From a virus, in the IMG/VR virus record IMGVR_UViG_3300028400_000003, positions 1 through 64,000 of that record: a stretch of DNA of 64,000 nt. One strand, given 5' to 3'. Every line of letters starts with the position of its first letter. Position 1 is the stretch's first letter. Under the pieces are notes generated by a model. It was not told the DNA's origin, searched no databases, and worked only from the letters and a program-made list of their open reading frames with translations. Positions 53,255-63,273 of the stretch are shown here, one piece after another. The position numbers were made by a program, and so were the translations under genes.

Positions 53255-56200
53255 TGGCGAGTTACTCTCTTGGCCGCGCCATATTTGAAACCGGAGTAGA
53301 CCTAACCGGGCTGAACCGTGGCCTCACGAAGGCGGAGCAGCGGGTCAAAGCCTTTGGGCTGAAGATCGAGCGTCAGGTCAAGGGCGGGAAGGCGTTTAGC
53401 TTCACCGCGCCGCTCGAAAAGCAGACCGCAGCTATCAATAAGTTTTCCAAGCAGGCCGAGCAGTCGCTTGGGCGGGTCAAGCGAGCAAGCGCTGGAACCA
53501 GTAACGCCCTTGGCAAGATGGTGACCAAGTACCTGGCCGCCGGTGCGGTCCTATACGGCGTGCAAAAAGCCTTCCGCGCCACTATCAACGCCGCAAAAGA
53601 CTTTGAGGTGGCCATAACGAATATTGACACCCTGGCCGCCAACACTACGGAGCAGATGGCTTTGCTCCGTCAGGGCGTGCTCGATCTTGCTTCCGTGGTA
53701 GGCGAGGGACCAACGAAGCTCGCGAGCGCCCTTTATGACGTAGTTTCAGCCGGGTACTCCGGAGCCGAAGGGCTGAAGGTGCTTGAGGCATCGGCTAAGG
53801 CCGCTCGCGCTGGTTTGACCACAACGAAGGTGGCGGCCGATGCCGTGACGACTACCCTCAACGCCTACGGACTGGCCGCTGAGCAGGCCACGCACGTTAC
53901 GGACGTTTTGCAGACCACGGTCAAGTACGGTAAGACCACCTGGGGTGAACTGGCTCCCGTGATAGGTCAGGTGATTCCACTGGCCGCCGCAGCGGGGGTG
54001 AGCATCGAGGAGCTTGGCGGTGCCCTGGCCGTGCTAACCGGCAACGGTGTGCAAACGTCTCAAGCCGTCACGCAGGTGCGTTCCCTGATCGCCGCACTCC
54101 TGAAAGACACTTCGCAAGCTCGCGAGGTGATGGATAAGTACAACTTCAGTATTTCCGCCAGCACCCTACAGCAGAAGGGGCTGATCGGAACCCTCAAGGA
54201 GCTTCAAGGGGCTATCGGCGGCGACACGGAAGCCCTGTTCAAGTTCCTAGGCCGCGTCGAGGCCGTCAACGCAGCCCTCGCCCTGACCACGGATCAGGGG
54301 TTCAAGAAGCTGGTCAGCGTTACGGAAGAGATGCGGAAGGCCGGGGGTGTGGTTGACGAGGCCTTTAACAAGCAGCTAGGAACGGCTCAGGGGCAGATTG
54401 ATCGGTTTACGGCGGCCCTTGACGCCCTTAAGATCACTCTTGGAAACGAACTTTTGCCTACCATCGGCATTGTAGCCGGGGCGCTTGCCGGGTTGATCGA
54501 AAAGATCAACGACCTTGCCAACCCTCGCCTTGCTGCGGCCAAGAAGCTGGTACTTGAGGCGGGCGTGGCGGAAGAGCAGGTTTCGCCCGAGCAGCTAAGC
54601 AAGATCGCCGGTATCCAGGAGCAGCTGCGTGAATTGCGCGAGGTCGAGCGCCGCCTTAAAGACCTGGATACCGTGATGCGTACATCCGGGGTTGGGGCCT
54701 TCATCTCCGGGCTCGAAACCGTGGCCGCCCGCCTTGGTATGACCAAAGAGGAGCTAGCCGAGGTTCACAAGGAGGCACGTAAGGCGCTTCGCGAGGGGCG
54801 TGGTGAAGAGTTTGCTGCTCAGTTTGCGGCTCGCGTCAATCAGATGCTCCAGTCTCAGAAGTCAGAGCTACAGGCGTCCCTCGATGAAGCGCTCAAGCCG
54901 GGGCCTGGGGCCGAAGACCTTTCGCAGAAGATCGAGCAGATCAACCGCAGCCTGAACAACGCTCGCCAGCAGGCGCAACAGCTAGGTAGCGCCGACATCT
55001 TCAAGACGGCGGCGGCCAAGGCCGTGGAAAGCCTCAAGGCGTTGAGGCAGGAATTTGCCAGCAACGAAGAGGTTGTACAGAATATTGACAACCTTATCAA
55101 GTCCATCGAAACCGAGGCGGCTAACTTCAAGGTGGCCCCGCAGGCCCCGAGTGAAGCTGAGGCCGAAGACTTCCTTAAGCCCTACCGCGACGCCTTGCAG
55201 AACATCACCCTGAAAAGCAAGCTTGGGTTGATTGACGAAGGGACGGCGCGGCGGCAGCTTGAGGACATACGCAACCGCCTGCAAAAGGTGCTCGAAGGTA
55301 CCGGGGATCAGGCTAAGCAGAACAGCATCATGACCTTGATCCTGAGCCTCGATCTGGCCATGAAGGGGTTGCAAACCCAGGCCAAGAGCACGGATGATGC
55401 CTTCCAGGCATGGTTGCAGAAGCTTGAGGTACAGGCCAAGCGAGGGCTCCGGCCCGTGTCTGAGATCAAAAACGAAGTGGCCAGCGCCCGCCAGAAAATA
55501 CTTGAGCAGATACGAGCCCTTGGGCCGCTGGACACTCGCGAAAAGGTGGAAATACTCTTTGAGCTAAGCGCAAAGCTTGACCGGCTCGATGGGCTAAGCG
55601 AAACGCTTAAGGGGGCCACGGACAGGCAGCTTGAGGCGTATCGCGAATACTACCGCTCCCGCGTCGAGGGGCTGGGTTATGAGATGGCCGATGAAGCACG
55701 GGCGGCCATGCAAACGCTGGCCAGCGCCCTTAGTGGTGAAGCCGATTTCTCCCAGGGGCTCGCCGCCGCAGAAAAACTGCGTGGCTTGATCGAGCAAAGC
55801 GTTGTCCCGATACCGGATGCGGTCAAGACGGCGGCGTTGGAACTTCTTGACGCCTTCGATGCCTACGGCGCGGCCATAGCGGATGGCTTCGAGAAAGCTG
55901 CACGAGCCGTCAATCAGGCCCGCTTCGGAGAGGGCATACTGGCCACCGCTGACGCCTTCAGGCGCTCCTTCGATACCGTAGGCGAGGCGCTGGTTTACCT
56001 TGGTAAGAACGGTCAGCTTACGGAAGAAAACATGCGGGCTTTGGGGGTGGCCTATGGTGAGGTTGGCCAGACCCTAGAACAACTTTTTACCGGGGCTAGC
56101 GCCCTCAACCTGGCCTTCAAGCTTGGAATCATCAGCGCGGACGACTACCGCAAGCGCCTATCCGAGGCGCGTGATGTGTTGCAAACCATAATCCAGACCG

Positions 56201-57798
56201 TCGAGGTTGGCAGCCCCGCCTTTGATCAGCTGGCCGATGCGCTCCTGCGGGTTAACGAGGCCCTTAACCGGCTTGGGCGGGATGCTGGTGACCCGTTGCA
56301 GGGCATAGACGACCTAAGCGAAGCGCTAAGCACTTTGGCCGCAGACGGGGCCATATCGCGTGAAGAGGCCGTGCGGCTGGCCAAGGGGTTCGGCGGTCTT
56401 GGCGAGGCGGTGGCCGGGGCCGTTGGCGGCCTTGGCACCTGGAACGCAAGGTTGCAGGCGGGCTTGATCACGGAAGACGAGTACCGCACTAAGCTAGAGA
56501 TGACCCGCGACATACTGCAAGAGCTTGCTCAAAGGTACAAGGACGACCCAGTGCTCCTTGAGCTTTATGCTGGGGCATTGGATAGCGTAAACCAGCAGCT
56601 TGCCACCTTGAGTGACACCGGCGGGCAGCTGAGTGACGACAGCCTCTTGCCTGAAGAACTTGACCGCAGGGCGTCCCTGCTATCGGCCAGATTCCGGGAG
56701 GTTGGCGAGGCGCTGGCGAGCCTGGCCAAGGATGGCCGGCTAACCGAGCAGGAGATGAGCCTACTCAGCCGTGCTTTTGGTGACCAGGGGCAGGCTATAC
56801 TCGACGCCTTTGACGGTTTTCGCGAGATACGAACGGCGTTTGAGATTGGTCAGATCGGAGCCGAAGAGTTTCGGAGTGCGGTAGAGGGCATACTGCCTCA
56901 GCTGGAAGAGGCCATCCAAAACGTCGAGCGGGGTACCCCAGCATGGTATATGCTCGCCGAAGCGATCAAGGCGGCCAAGAGTGCACTAGGCGATGGCGGT
57001 AGCGAAGCGTTTGACCTTGGCAAGGAGATTGCGTCAGGGCTCAGTAACATATCAAGCCGGGCTCAAGTCGGGCTTCTAGGCAACGGCCTTGAGCAGCGTA
57101 GGCAGGTGCTCGAAGAAACGGCTTCCTTGCTCCGGGAAAAGATCGCCGAGGGCCTAAAGAACGGCCTAGACCCTGACAATCCAGAGATACAGGCGGCGCT
57201 GGAAAAGTTGCAGTCCACGGAGATTGAGTTGAAGCTGGTCACCGCCGGGGCCAAGATTGCGGACGCCTTCGTTGACGCGGCGGCTTCGGTTGGTCAGGCG
57301 TTGGGCGAGTACCTGGTCAACGGTGGCGCTGAGGCCGGGGCCAGACTTTACGACGCCCTGGTTTCTGCGTCAGAAACCTTTTCCAATGTGCTCAAGTCTA
57401 CCCTCACGGACCTTGGAGCCGACCTAGGCGGCAAGCTAGGGCAGCAGCTAGGTGAGTCCATCGGCGGGGCCGTTGGCGGGGCGCTCGGGGCCGCAGGCGG
57501 GCCGCTTGGCATGGCCATAGGTACGGCTATCGGGGCCGCCGTGGGTTCGTTGCTTGGGAGCCTGCTCGATTTCATCTTTAAAGCTCCCAAGGCAAAGCCT
57601 GAACCTGATACCCTGGACAAGAGGGTGACGACAAGCGTGTCGGAGGTCAACTACACCGCCATTGCCAACCTGAACGTAACCGAGGGGGCCAACATGCGCG
57701 ATCCACAATTCCGGTCTGAGCTACGTGGGTTCGTCAGGCAGACGGCTACGGAACTGCTCGATCAGTTAGGGCTCGTCAAGGGAGGCGCGAATGCCTAG
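53254..57798 (+). CDS. tape measure protein (TP901-type core)
   Basis: 1514 aa, helical; ALYD..SAG, LNAYG, D.L..TV..GKTT..EL. Confidence 0.92.
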   Translation: MASYSLGRAIFETGVDLTGLNRGLTKAEQRVKAFGLKIERQVKGGKAFSFTAPLEKQTAAINKFSKQAEQSLGRVKRASAGTSNALGKMVTKYLAAGAVLYGVQKAFRATINAAKDFEVAITNIDTLAANTTEQMALLRQGVLDLASVVGEGPTKLASALYDVVSAGYSGAEGLKVLEASAKAARAGLTTTKVAADAVTTTLNAYGLAAEQATHVTDVLQTTVKYGKTTWGELAPVIGQVIPLAAAAGVSIEELGGALAVLTGNGVQTSQAVTQVRSLIAALLKDTSQAREVMDKYNFSISASTLQQKGLIGTLKELQGAIGGDTEALFKFLGRVEAVNAALALTTDQGFKKLVSVTEEMRKAGGVVDEAFNKQLGTAQGQIDRFTAALDALKITLGNELLPTIGIVAGALAGLIEKINDLANPRLAAAKKLVLEAGVAEEQVSPEQLSKIAGIQEQLRELREVERRLKDLDTVMRTSGVGAFISGLETVAARLGMTKEELAEVHKEARKALREGRGEEFAAQFAARVNQMLQSQKSELQASLDEALKPGPGAEDLSQKIEQINRSLNNARQQAQQLGSADIFKTAAAKAVESLKALRQEFASNEEVVQNIDNLIKSIETEAANFKVAPQAPSEAEAEDFLKPYRDALQNITLKSKLGLIDEGTARRQLEDIRNRLQKVLEGTGDQAKQNSIMTLILSLDLAMKGLQTQAKSTDDAFQAWLQKLEVQAKRGLRPVSEIKNEVASARQKILEQIRALGPLDTREKVEILFELSAKLDRLDGLSETLKGATDRQLEAYREYYRSRVEGLGYEMADEARAAMQTLASALSGEADFSQGLAAAEKLRGLIEQSVVPIPDAVKTAALELLDAFDAYGAAIADGFEKAARAVNQARFGEGILATADAFRRSFDTVGEALVYLGKNGQLTEENMRALGVAYGEVGQTLEQLFTGASALNLAFKLGIISADDYRKRLSEARDVLQTIIQTVEVGSPAFDQLADALLRVNEALNRLGRDAGDPLQGIDDLSEALSTLAADGAISREEAVRLAKGFGGLGEAVAGAVGGLGTWNARLQAGLITEDEYRTKLEMTRDILQELAQRYKDDPVLLELYAGALDSVNQQLATLSDTGGQLSDDSLLPEELDRRASLLSARFREVGEALASLAKDGRLTEQEMSLLSRAFGDQGQAILDAFDGFREIRTAFEIGQIGAEEFRSAVEGILPQLEEAIQNVERGTPAWYMLAEAIKAAKSALGDGGSEAFDLGKEIASGLSNISSRAQVGLLGNGLEQRRQVLEETASLLREKIAEGLKNGLDPDNPEIQAALEKLQSTEIELKLVTAGAKIADAFVDAAASVGQALGEYLVNGGAEAGARLYDALVSASETFSNVLKSTLTDLGADLGGKLGQQLGESIGGAVGGALGAAGGPLGMAIGTAIGAAVGSLLGSLLDFIFKAPKAKPEPDTLDKRVTTSVSEVNYTAIANLNVTEGANMRDPQFRSELRGFVRQTATELLDQLGLVKGGANA

Positions 57799-58195
57799 CG
57801 TAACGGTTACACCACTGAGTGGCGGGTCAGCCGTCACCCTGCCACAGTTTAATGACATATCCTACGGGTCGCAGCGCGAGGTATCCTTCGGCTGGCAGAC
57901 TCCGCTTAAGGACATCTACGCCGATATCGTTGGGCTTGCGGCCACGAACGTACAGGTCGAGCGCAACCGCAATGGAACCTACGTGGCCATAGCTGATCCA
58001 GGTGCTCAGGCCGTGGAGGTCAGCTGGACGGAGTACGAGCTTGATACTAGAGTGCCACTATCCAAGACGGCCAAGGGTGTGATCACGCTGAGCGGGACGA
58101 CGTACCGCAACCTGGCCGAAACGACAACCATGACCCTATGGCGGGTGCAATGGTTGTTCATCAGGGCCACGGGTGAATCCTATGAACTGGTGTAG
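57791..58195 (+). CDS. distal tail-like protein
   Basis: Synteny after the TMP. Confidence 0.5.
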   Translation: MPSVTVTPLSGGSAVTLPQFNDISYGSQREVSFGWQTPLKDIYADIVGLAATNVQVERNRNGTYVAIADPGAQAVEVSWTEYELDTRVPLSKTAKGVITLSGTTYRNLAETTTMTLWRVQWLFIRATGESYELV

Positions 58196-58202
58196 GTGAG
58201 GC

Positions 58203-60359
58203 ATGGATCCCAAACCGCTTACGCCCTCTACCAAAGTGGTTCCAGACCCCAAGCCGTTGTCACTTTCGGCTCAGCTGCCGGTGGCGGCCTTGGGCTCCTA
58301 CAACCACTTCTACGGGAGCGCCGGCGGCTACTCGGTTTACTACCCCGATCTGAATTCCTACACCTGGTTTGAGGCGGCGCGGCTCAACGACCCCGTAAGG
58401 GTCCACCTAGGTGAGTCTTTGGGCGGGCGGTTCGTTGATTCGGATATTTCGTTTACTTACCTATCCGTAGCCCCGCTTGAGGTTGGAGATACACACTTCA
58501 TCGGGGCCGAGATAACCCCGAACGAACCACTACGCACCTTCTGGATTACCACGAAGGCGGAGGAGGCGGGCCTGATCACCTACGGCGGGGCTACCCTGCT
58601 ATCCAGGCTTCACTCAACCGTGGCCCCCGAGGTAGTCGAGAATGGGCCGTTTACCCCGCAAGAGGCGCTGGAAAAGATACTTACCAGCTGGCGTGACGCC
58701 GGGCATGACTGGCTTGTGTGGGAGCCGATACCTAGCATTGGCATCAGGGTCGAATCGGGCATCTACATTCCAACGATCAACGCGCTGGCCCTATTCCAGG
58801 ACAAAGACCTTGCGATTGAGCAGAAGACGATGCGGCAATGGCTTGAAGAGTTTATTGCCCCATTCTCCGACTATTACTTCCGCGTCACGAGCGCTGGCAA
58901 GCTGCAACTGGTTAGGCTTGGCGAGGGATACGAAACCGGAGGGGTGCTGAGCAAAGACTGGGGCGTCAGCGGCAATGCAAGCGATACCTTCACTTCATCC
59001 GCAACGAGCCTGACCATTAACCTTACTCCGCGCATCTACAGGTATGAAACCCTTGTGCTCGCCCCTACACCTGCTAGCATAACCGTACTCAACGACGGCG
59101 TGGCCGTATCCAACACATTCACGGGCACAGGTACGGATGGAAACGCTTACGACTTGACCGTTGAGGCCACACTTGACGCGGCAGGCAATGGCACCATAGC
59201 CGTCACCTCCTTCAAGCTCAACGGGGTCGAGGTTACCCGCGAGGCGGTCGGGTATAGGGTTGACTGGACGGCTTCGCCTACGGATCGGGTGCTCAAGGTG
59301 CTTGGCAACGATGACCTGACCCCGGAGGAAACCCTAACCACGCTCACGGATGAGATCGTCAACATCTGCAAGGTGACGAGCAAAGGATACGACTTCGTGA
59401 GCACCACGGACATTCTTGAACCTGCGTGTGGGATCATGAACGTCCAATGGTGGTGCGGCGGCGGCCAGCAACTCCTCTCCCCGACCCCTTCGACGGTATG
59501 CCCCACGGGCCGCTACAATTTGGGTACGGGCACGACATCATGGCAGGAGCGGGCAACCCGCTACGTAGTGCTACCCGAGGTGTGGAAGGTAGCGGCCAAC
59601 ACGCTGGTAGGTGGAACCACGATTGACGTTAGCACGCAAGTGCATTGGTATTTTGACCGCTGCGGCGATACCGCCCCGCAGGGGTACTACACCTCCCAAA
59701 CGGTTACTGGAACGGCTCAGATCAACAACGGGGACTGGCAGCTGGTTGGAAACGCCTACCTTGACCCGAGCGCCTGGGGCGACCTTAACGCCTATGTCTA
59801 TGTGCAAAGCGTGTTTGACGCTGATGGCACGTTCCAGGGTTTTAGGGTGAAGCTTGGTTTGCGCATGGGCGATCTACAGAGCGTTTGGGCTTTCGGGGTG
59901 CAGCTGAACGCCGATGGCACATCGTTTAGTGAACGCCAGGAGAACATCGTGGCCGTGTACGGCGAGGCCACGGAAGACCCCGGCGTTGGAGGTAGTCAAC
60001 AGGTCTACGGTAGGCGCATCCGCGAGATTGACATGGGCTGGTTCCCGGTTAGTTACGATGACGCCCTCTCCATTGCCCAAGCGGTGGTCACCAACAACTA
60101 CAACCCGAAGCGCGAGTACACGCTTGAGCTTATGCCGCCCTACACGGCACTTAAGCCCGATGACATTGCCGCACCGGTGAAGTTTAAGGACATCGAGGGG
60201 GTGCTTTGGGCCTGGAAGTATACGGAGATTCATAGCGCGGCCACATCGCGCTCGCGCATGGAGATCACGGTTCGCGAGACCAGTCACGTGCTCAGTGACG
60301 TACTCGATGAAACAGCCTACGGGGATGCCGTGTATACTGTGTCTAAGTACCTGGAGTGA
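58203..60359 (+). CDS. tail tip/hub protein
   Basis: 718 aa, beta-rich; SQ..YG.R motif. Confidence 0.6.
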   Translation: MDPKPLTPSTKVVPDPKPLSLSAQLPVAALGSYNHFYGSAGGYSVYYPDLNSYTWFEAARLNDPVRVHLGESLGGRFVDSDISFTYLSVAPLEVGDTHFIGAEITPNEPLRTFWITTKAEEAGLITYGGATLLSRLHSTVAPEVVENGPFTPQEALEKILTSWRDAGHDWLVWEPIPSIGIRVESGIYIPTINALALFQDKDLAIEQKTMRQWLEEFIAPFSDYYFRVTSAGKLQLVRLGEGYETGGVLSKDWGVSGNASDTFTSSATSLTINLTPRIYRYETLVLAPTPASITVLNDGVAVSNTFTGTGTDGNAYDLTVEATLDAAGNGTIAVTSFKLNGVEVTREAVGYRVDWTASPTDRVLKVLGNDDLTPEETLTTLTDEIVNICKVTSKGYDFVSTTDILEPACGIMNVQWWCGGGQQLLSPTPSTVCPTGRYNLGTGTTSWQERATRYVVLPEVWKVAANTLVGGTTIDVSTQVHWYFDRCGDTAPQGYYTSQTVTGTAQINNGDWQLVGNAYLDPSAWGDLNAYVYVQSVFDADGTFQGFRVKLGLRMGDLQSVWAFGVQLNADGTSFSERQENIVAVYGEATEDPGVGGSQQVYGRRIREIDMGWFPVSYDDALSIAQAVVTNNYNPKREYTLELMPPYTALKPDDIAAPVKFKDIEGVLWAWKYTEIHSAATSRSRMEITVRETSHVLSDVLDETAYGDAVYTVSKYLE

Positions 60360-60369
60360 GGTGTAGCTA

Positions 60370-61083
60370 ATGGCCCAGAATCCGATTTACACCACGATAA
60401 GCTCCCTGCCTGGTAGCACCACGGGCAAGGTGCGGGTGGTCAAGTTTCACCTGGACGATAACCATGACGTGCTCAATCAGGCCATCGAAAATGCTATCCT
60501 CGCGACCTACAGTCAGGGCGGGGTGACCAAGCAGGGGACCACTTCGCTTTCGGGCACCACCTTTTCAATCACGGATCATGCCGGTATCAGCATAGACATG
60601 ACGGCGGCGGGCTACATCACCTCCGCAAGCCATGATGTAGCTTCGGCCGCGGATGGCAAGCATCGGCTCGTCATGATGATCACTCCCTCAACGACCGCCC
60701 GCACCTACACGGACCCTGAAACAAGCGAAACGATCACCCACGACATGGCCACGGCCATTGGGGTGCTCGGGGTGATTGAGGGCGACGCTACCAACTACCC
60801 CACCCTCACCGGCAACGTCGTTCCGATTATCAAGTTTGAGATGAGCAGCGGGACGGTGACTACGTGGTCTGATGACGGCGACTACATTGCCACGGCCTAC
60901 ACCGTAGACAACCACGAAGCGGCAAGCGACCCGCACCCGCAGTATCAGAAGGAGCAGGCTGGGGCTACGGCTAGCCGCCCGGCCAGCCCGGCCACCGGCG
61001 AAATGTACTTTGACACTACCCTAGGCAAGCCCATCTGGTATGACGGTAGCAACTGGGTTGACGCAACGGGGACAACAGTCTGA
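60370..61083 (+). CDS. tail fibre/baseplate protein
   Basis: H.AA.DPHPQY; RP..P.TG.MYFDTTLGKPIWY.G..WVDA.G. Confidence 0.7.
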   Translation: MAQNPIYTTISSLPGSTTGKVRVVKFHLDDNHDVLNQAIENAILATYSQGGVTKQGTTSLSGTTFSITDHAGISIDMTAAGYITSASHDVASAADGKHRLVMMITPSTTARTYTDPETSETITHDMATAIGVLGVIEGDATNYPTLTGNVVPIIKFEMSSGTVTTWSDDGDYIATAYTVDNHEAASDPHPQYQKEQAGATASRPASPATGEMYFDTTLGKPIWYDGSNWVDATGTTV

Positions 61084-61097
61084 TGATGGGGGGGAAG

Positions 61098-62147
61098 ATG
61101 AACCCGAGAGTTAGCAAGCGCGGAGATCGGTACATACCGGAGCTTGCCCTTGCTCAGGGGCCGGTGGCGATTGGAACCGGCTCGACCTATGCTGAACTGT
61201 TCGGGTACATCTGGGCGGTAGAAGTCAGCGAAGCCGACGAGGTGGTGCTGTATCAATACGATGAGGCGACTTCGGCATGGGACGAGAAGCATACGATTGC
61301 GGATGCTCCCACCCCACCGGAGAAGATGCGTCACATCAGCCTCGCTTTTGATCAAGCCGCGCGTCCGATTATCGCTTACGAGCACAAGGACACGCAGCAG
61401 ATCTACGTGAGGCAATGGGATGGACTTAGCAACACATTTGTCTACCGGGGGCCATTCGACGGGGTTGATCCGGTGCTAATCAACGACGTTGTGGTTCATT
61501 ATCAGATAGGACAAAGCGACATTCTGTGCTATCACCTGACAAAAGACAGGCAAACATTGGTTGCTCGGGTACAAAGCGAGCAGTATGGCACTCAACATGA
61601 TCAAACAACCTTTACCGCTCAGGTATACCTTGATCAGATTGCCAGCTACGATTATCGGCTGGCCGTCGTGGGAAGCTATTGTTCAGACCAGGACTCAACC
61701 GACGTAGTGCTTGATACTGGTCCATATCCACAATACTTGTCGGATGTCGTTCACCAATCAAGCTACATTGCCGGTACCGGGAATTATATACCCAAGATTG
61801 TCGCCGAAGATGTAGGAACCGACAATGTAGCGGCCGCATCCTATACGGTTGGAGCAGGCAACTATATCCCACTAACCGTGATTATTGACGTTGGAAGTGA
61901 TGGCGTAGCATCGGTGGCTTATATTGTTGGAAATACCGATTATGCAACGGTCGTGGTTGTTCATGACCTTACGGCCTCGCAGTATACATCACCAGACGCC
62001 GTGACCACAGCATCGTTTATTGCGTCTACGGTCATATATTCCATTGTCGTGGTTGTTCATGACCTTACGGCCTCGCAGTATACATCACCAGACGCCGTGA
62101 CAAGCTCAAGCTACATAGTTGGAGGTGGCACCTATGCAACAGCATAG
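61098..62147 (+). CDS. tail-tip protein, copy 1
   Basis: MNPRVSKRGD; SLAFDQ..RP.IAY; C-terminal repeats. Confidence 0.65.
   Translation: MNPRVSKRGDRYIPELALAQGPVAIGTGSTYAELFGYIWAVEVSEADEVVLYQYDEATSAWDEKHTIADAPTPPEKMRHISLAFDQAARPIIAYEHKDTQQIYVRQWDGLSNTFVYRGPFDGVDPVLINDVVVHYQIGQSDILCYHLTKDRQTLVARVQSEQYGTQHDQTTFTAQVYLDQIASYDYRLAVVGSYCSDQDSTDVVLDTGPYPQYLSDVVHQSSYIAGTGNYIPKIVAEDVGTDNVAAASYTVGAGNYIPLTVIIDVGSDGVASVAYIVGNTDYATVVVVHDLTASQYTSPDAVTTASFIASTVIYSIVVVVHDLTASQYTSPDAVTSSSYIVGGGTYATA
61950..62101 (+). repeat. 56-bp perfect direct repeat x2 (61950-62005, 62046-62101)
   Basis: GTCGTGGTTGTTCATGACCTTACGGCCTCGCAGTATACATCACCAGACGCCGTGAC. Confidence 0.9.
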
Positions 62148-63264
62148 CAGATTTGAGAAAAGCGGCAGATTCTACCTTCCAAAAGTTAGAGTGCTTGGCG
62201 AGAGAAGACCGCCAGCGCCCAAGCAACATGTTCGCATGCTTGGACCACAGGAGATGTTCTGGCAGATCATCGAGGGCAATGATGTCGTTAGGGAGGCCGA
62301 AAGCCCTGTACATAACATCGTGCTTACCAACTCCCTTGATCTTGCTGCATCCTATGGTTTTACGGGCCAGGCCAACTACGCCGTTGTGGGTACCGGCTCC
62401 AGCACCCCCGCAGCTTCGCAGACCGGACTAGACAACGAAGTAGCGAGGACCAACTACCTACCTGACGGCGAAACGGTTACGGTGACCCGAAATGCAGACG
62501 GCGATTACACATTCCAAGTCGTAAGGGAGTTTACGGAGGCTGAGGTTGGCGGCCAAAACCTTACGGAGTGGGGCTTTAGCGGGGGCGGAACCGCTGGAAA
62601 TAATCTGATGAGCCGCGAATTGTTCAGGGATGGCAGTGGAAATCCGATTACGATCACCCTTGCTTCAGATCAAAAACTTCGACTGATCTATGCGACCAGA
62701 TTTACGGTTGGGCCAGTGACGGCTACCGCAACCGACTTGACGATTAGCGGATATGGAACGGTGAGCGGGAAAAGCATTGCCTTTAAAAGCGCTTCAATCT
62801 TTGGGCTTACTCAAGGGGCGGTAGATATTTATACTGCCGACATGGTGGCCAAAGCATCGAATGGTACGCCATTTTCTCGTTATATTCCATCTGGCGACCC
62901 AGGATATGAACTGAATTTATATCTCATGTTTTGGATTACATCTTCATTGTATACAGCGGATTATAACACCAACGCTGCGGCGCAAAGCGCTGGTACCATG
63001 CGCTCCATTGACGACGGCAATCTGCCTTTCAATGCCTATACATCGGGTTCATACCAACGAACGATCAGCTCAGCACTCTTCGGCACCACTGAAGCAAACT
63101 ACAATATAGCAAGTATTGGATTTGCAGTTTCGGATTCATCTACTGAGTCAAACAGGGGATTTGGTTGGGCATGGATAGCTAACGATAGCAACAACACCAT
63201 TAATAAAGACAACCTGCATAAGATAGACTTCTCCGGCTGGGGTATTTCCTGGAGCGCCCTGTGA
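62134..63264 (+). CDS. tail fibre-associated protein
   Basis: N.V...G..VGTG...P....T.L..E..R, NLTE.G, SR.L.RD..GNP.TIT. Confidence 0.65.
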   Translation: MQQHSRFEKSGRFYLPKVRVLGERRPPAPKQHVRMLGPQEMFWQIIEGNDVVREAESPVHNIVLTNSLDLAASYGFTGQANYAVVGTGSSTPAASQTGLDNEVARTNYLPDGETVTVTRNADGDYTFQVVREFTEAEVGGQNLTEWGFSGGGTAGNNLMSRELFRDGSGNPITITLASDQKLRLIYATRFTVGPVTATATDLTISGYGTVSGKSIAFKSASIFGLTQGAVDIYTADMVAKASNGTPFSRYIPSGDPGYELNLYLMFWITSSLYTADYNTNAAAQSAGTMRSIDDGNLPFNAYTSGSYQRTISSALFGTTEANYNIASIGFAVSDSSTESNRGFGWAWIANDSNNTINKDNLHKIDFSGWGISWSAL

Positions 63265-63273
63265 GGTACATGG

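Noticed and set aside
61950-62101. Diversity-generating retroelement TR/VR pair
   Set aside because: The copies are identical, in frame within one gene, with no adenine-specific differences and no reverse transcriptase in the window.
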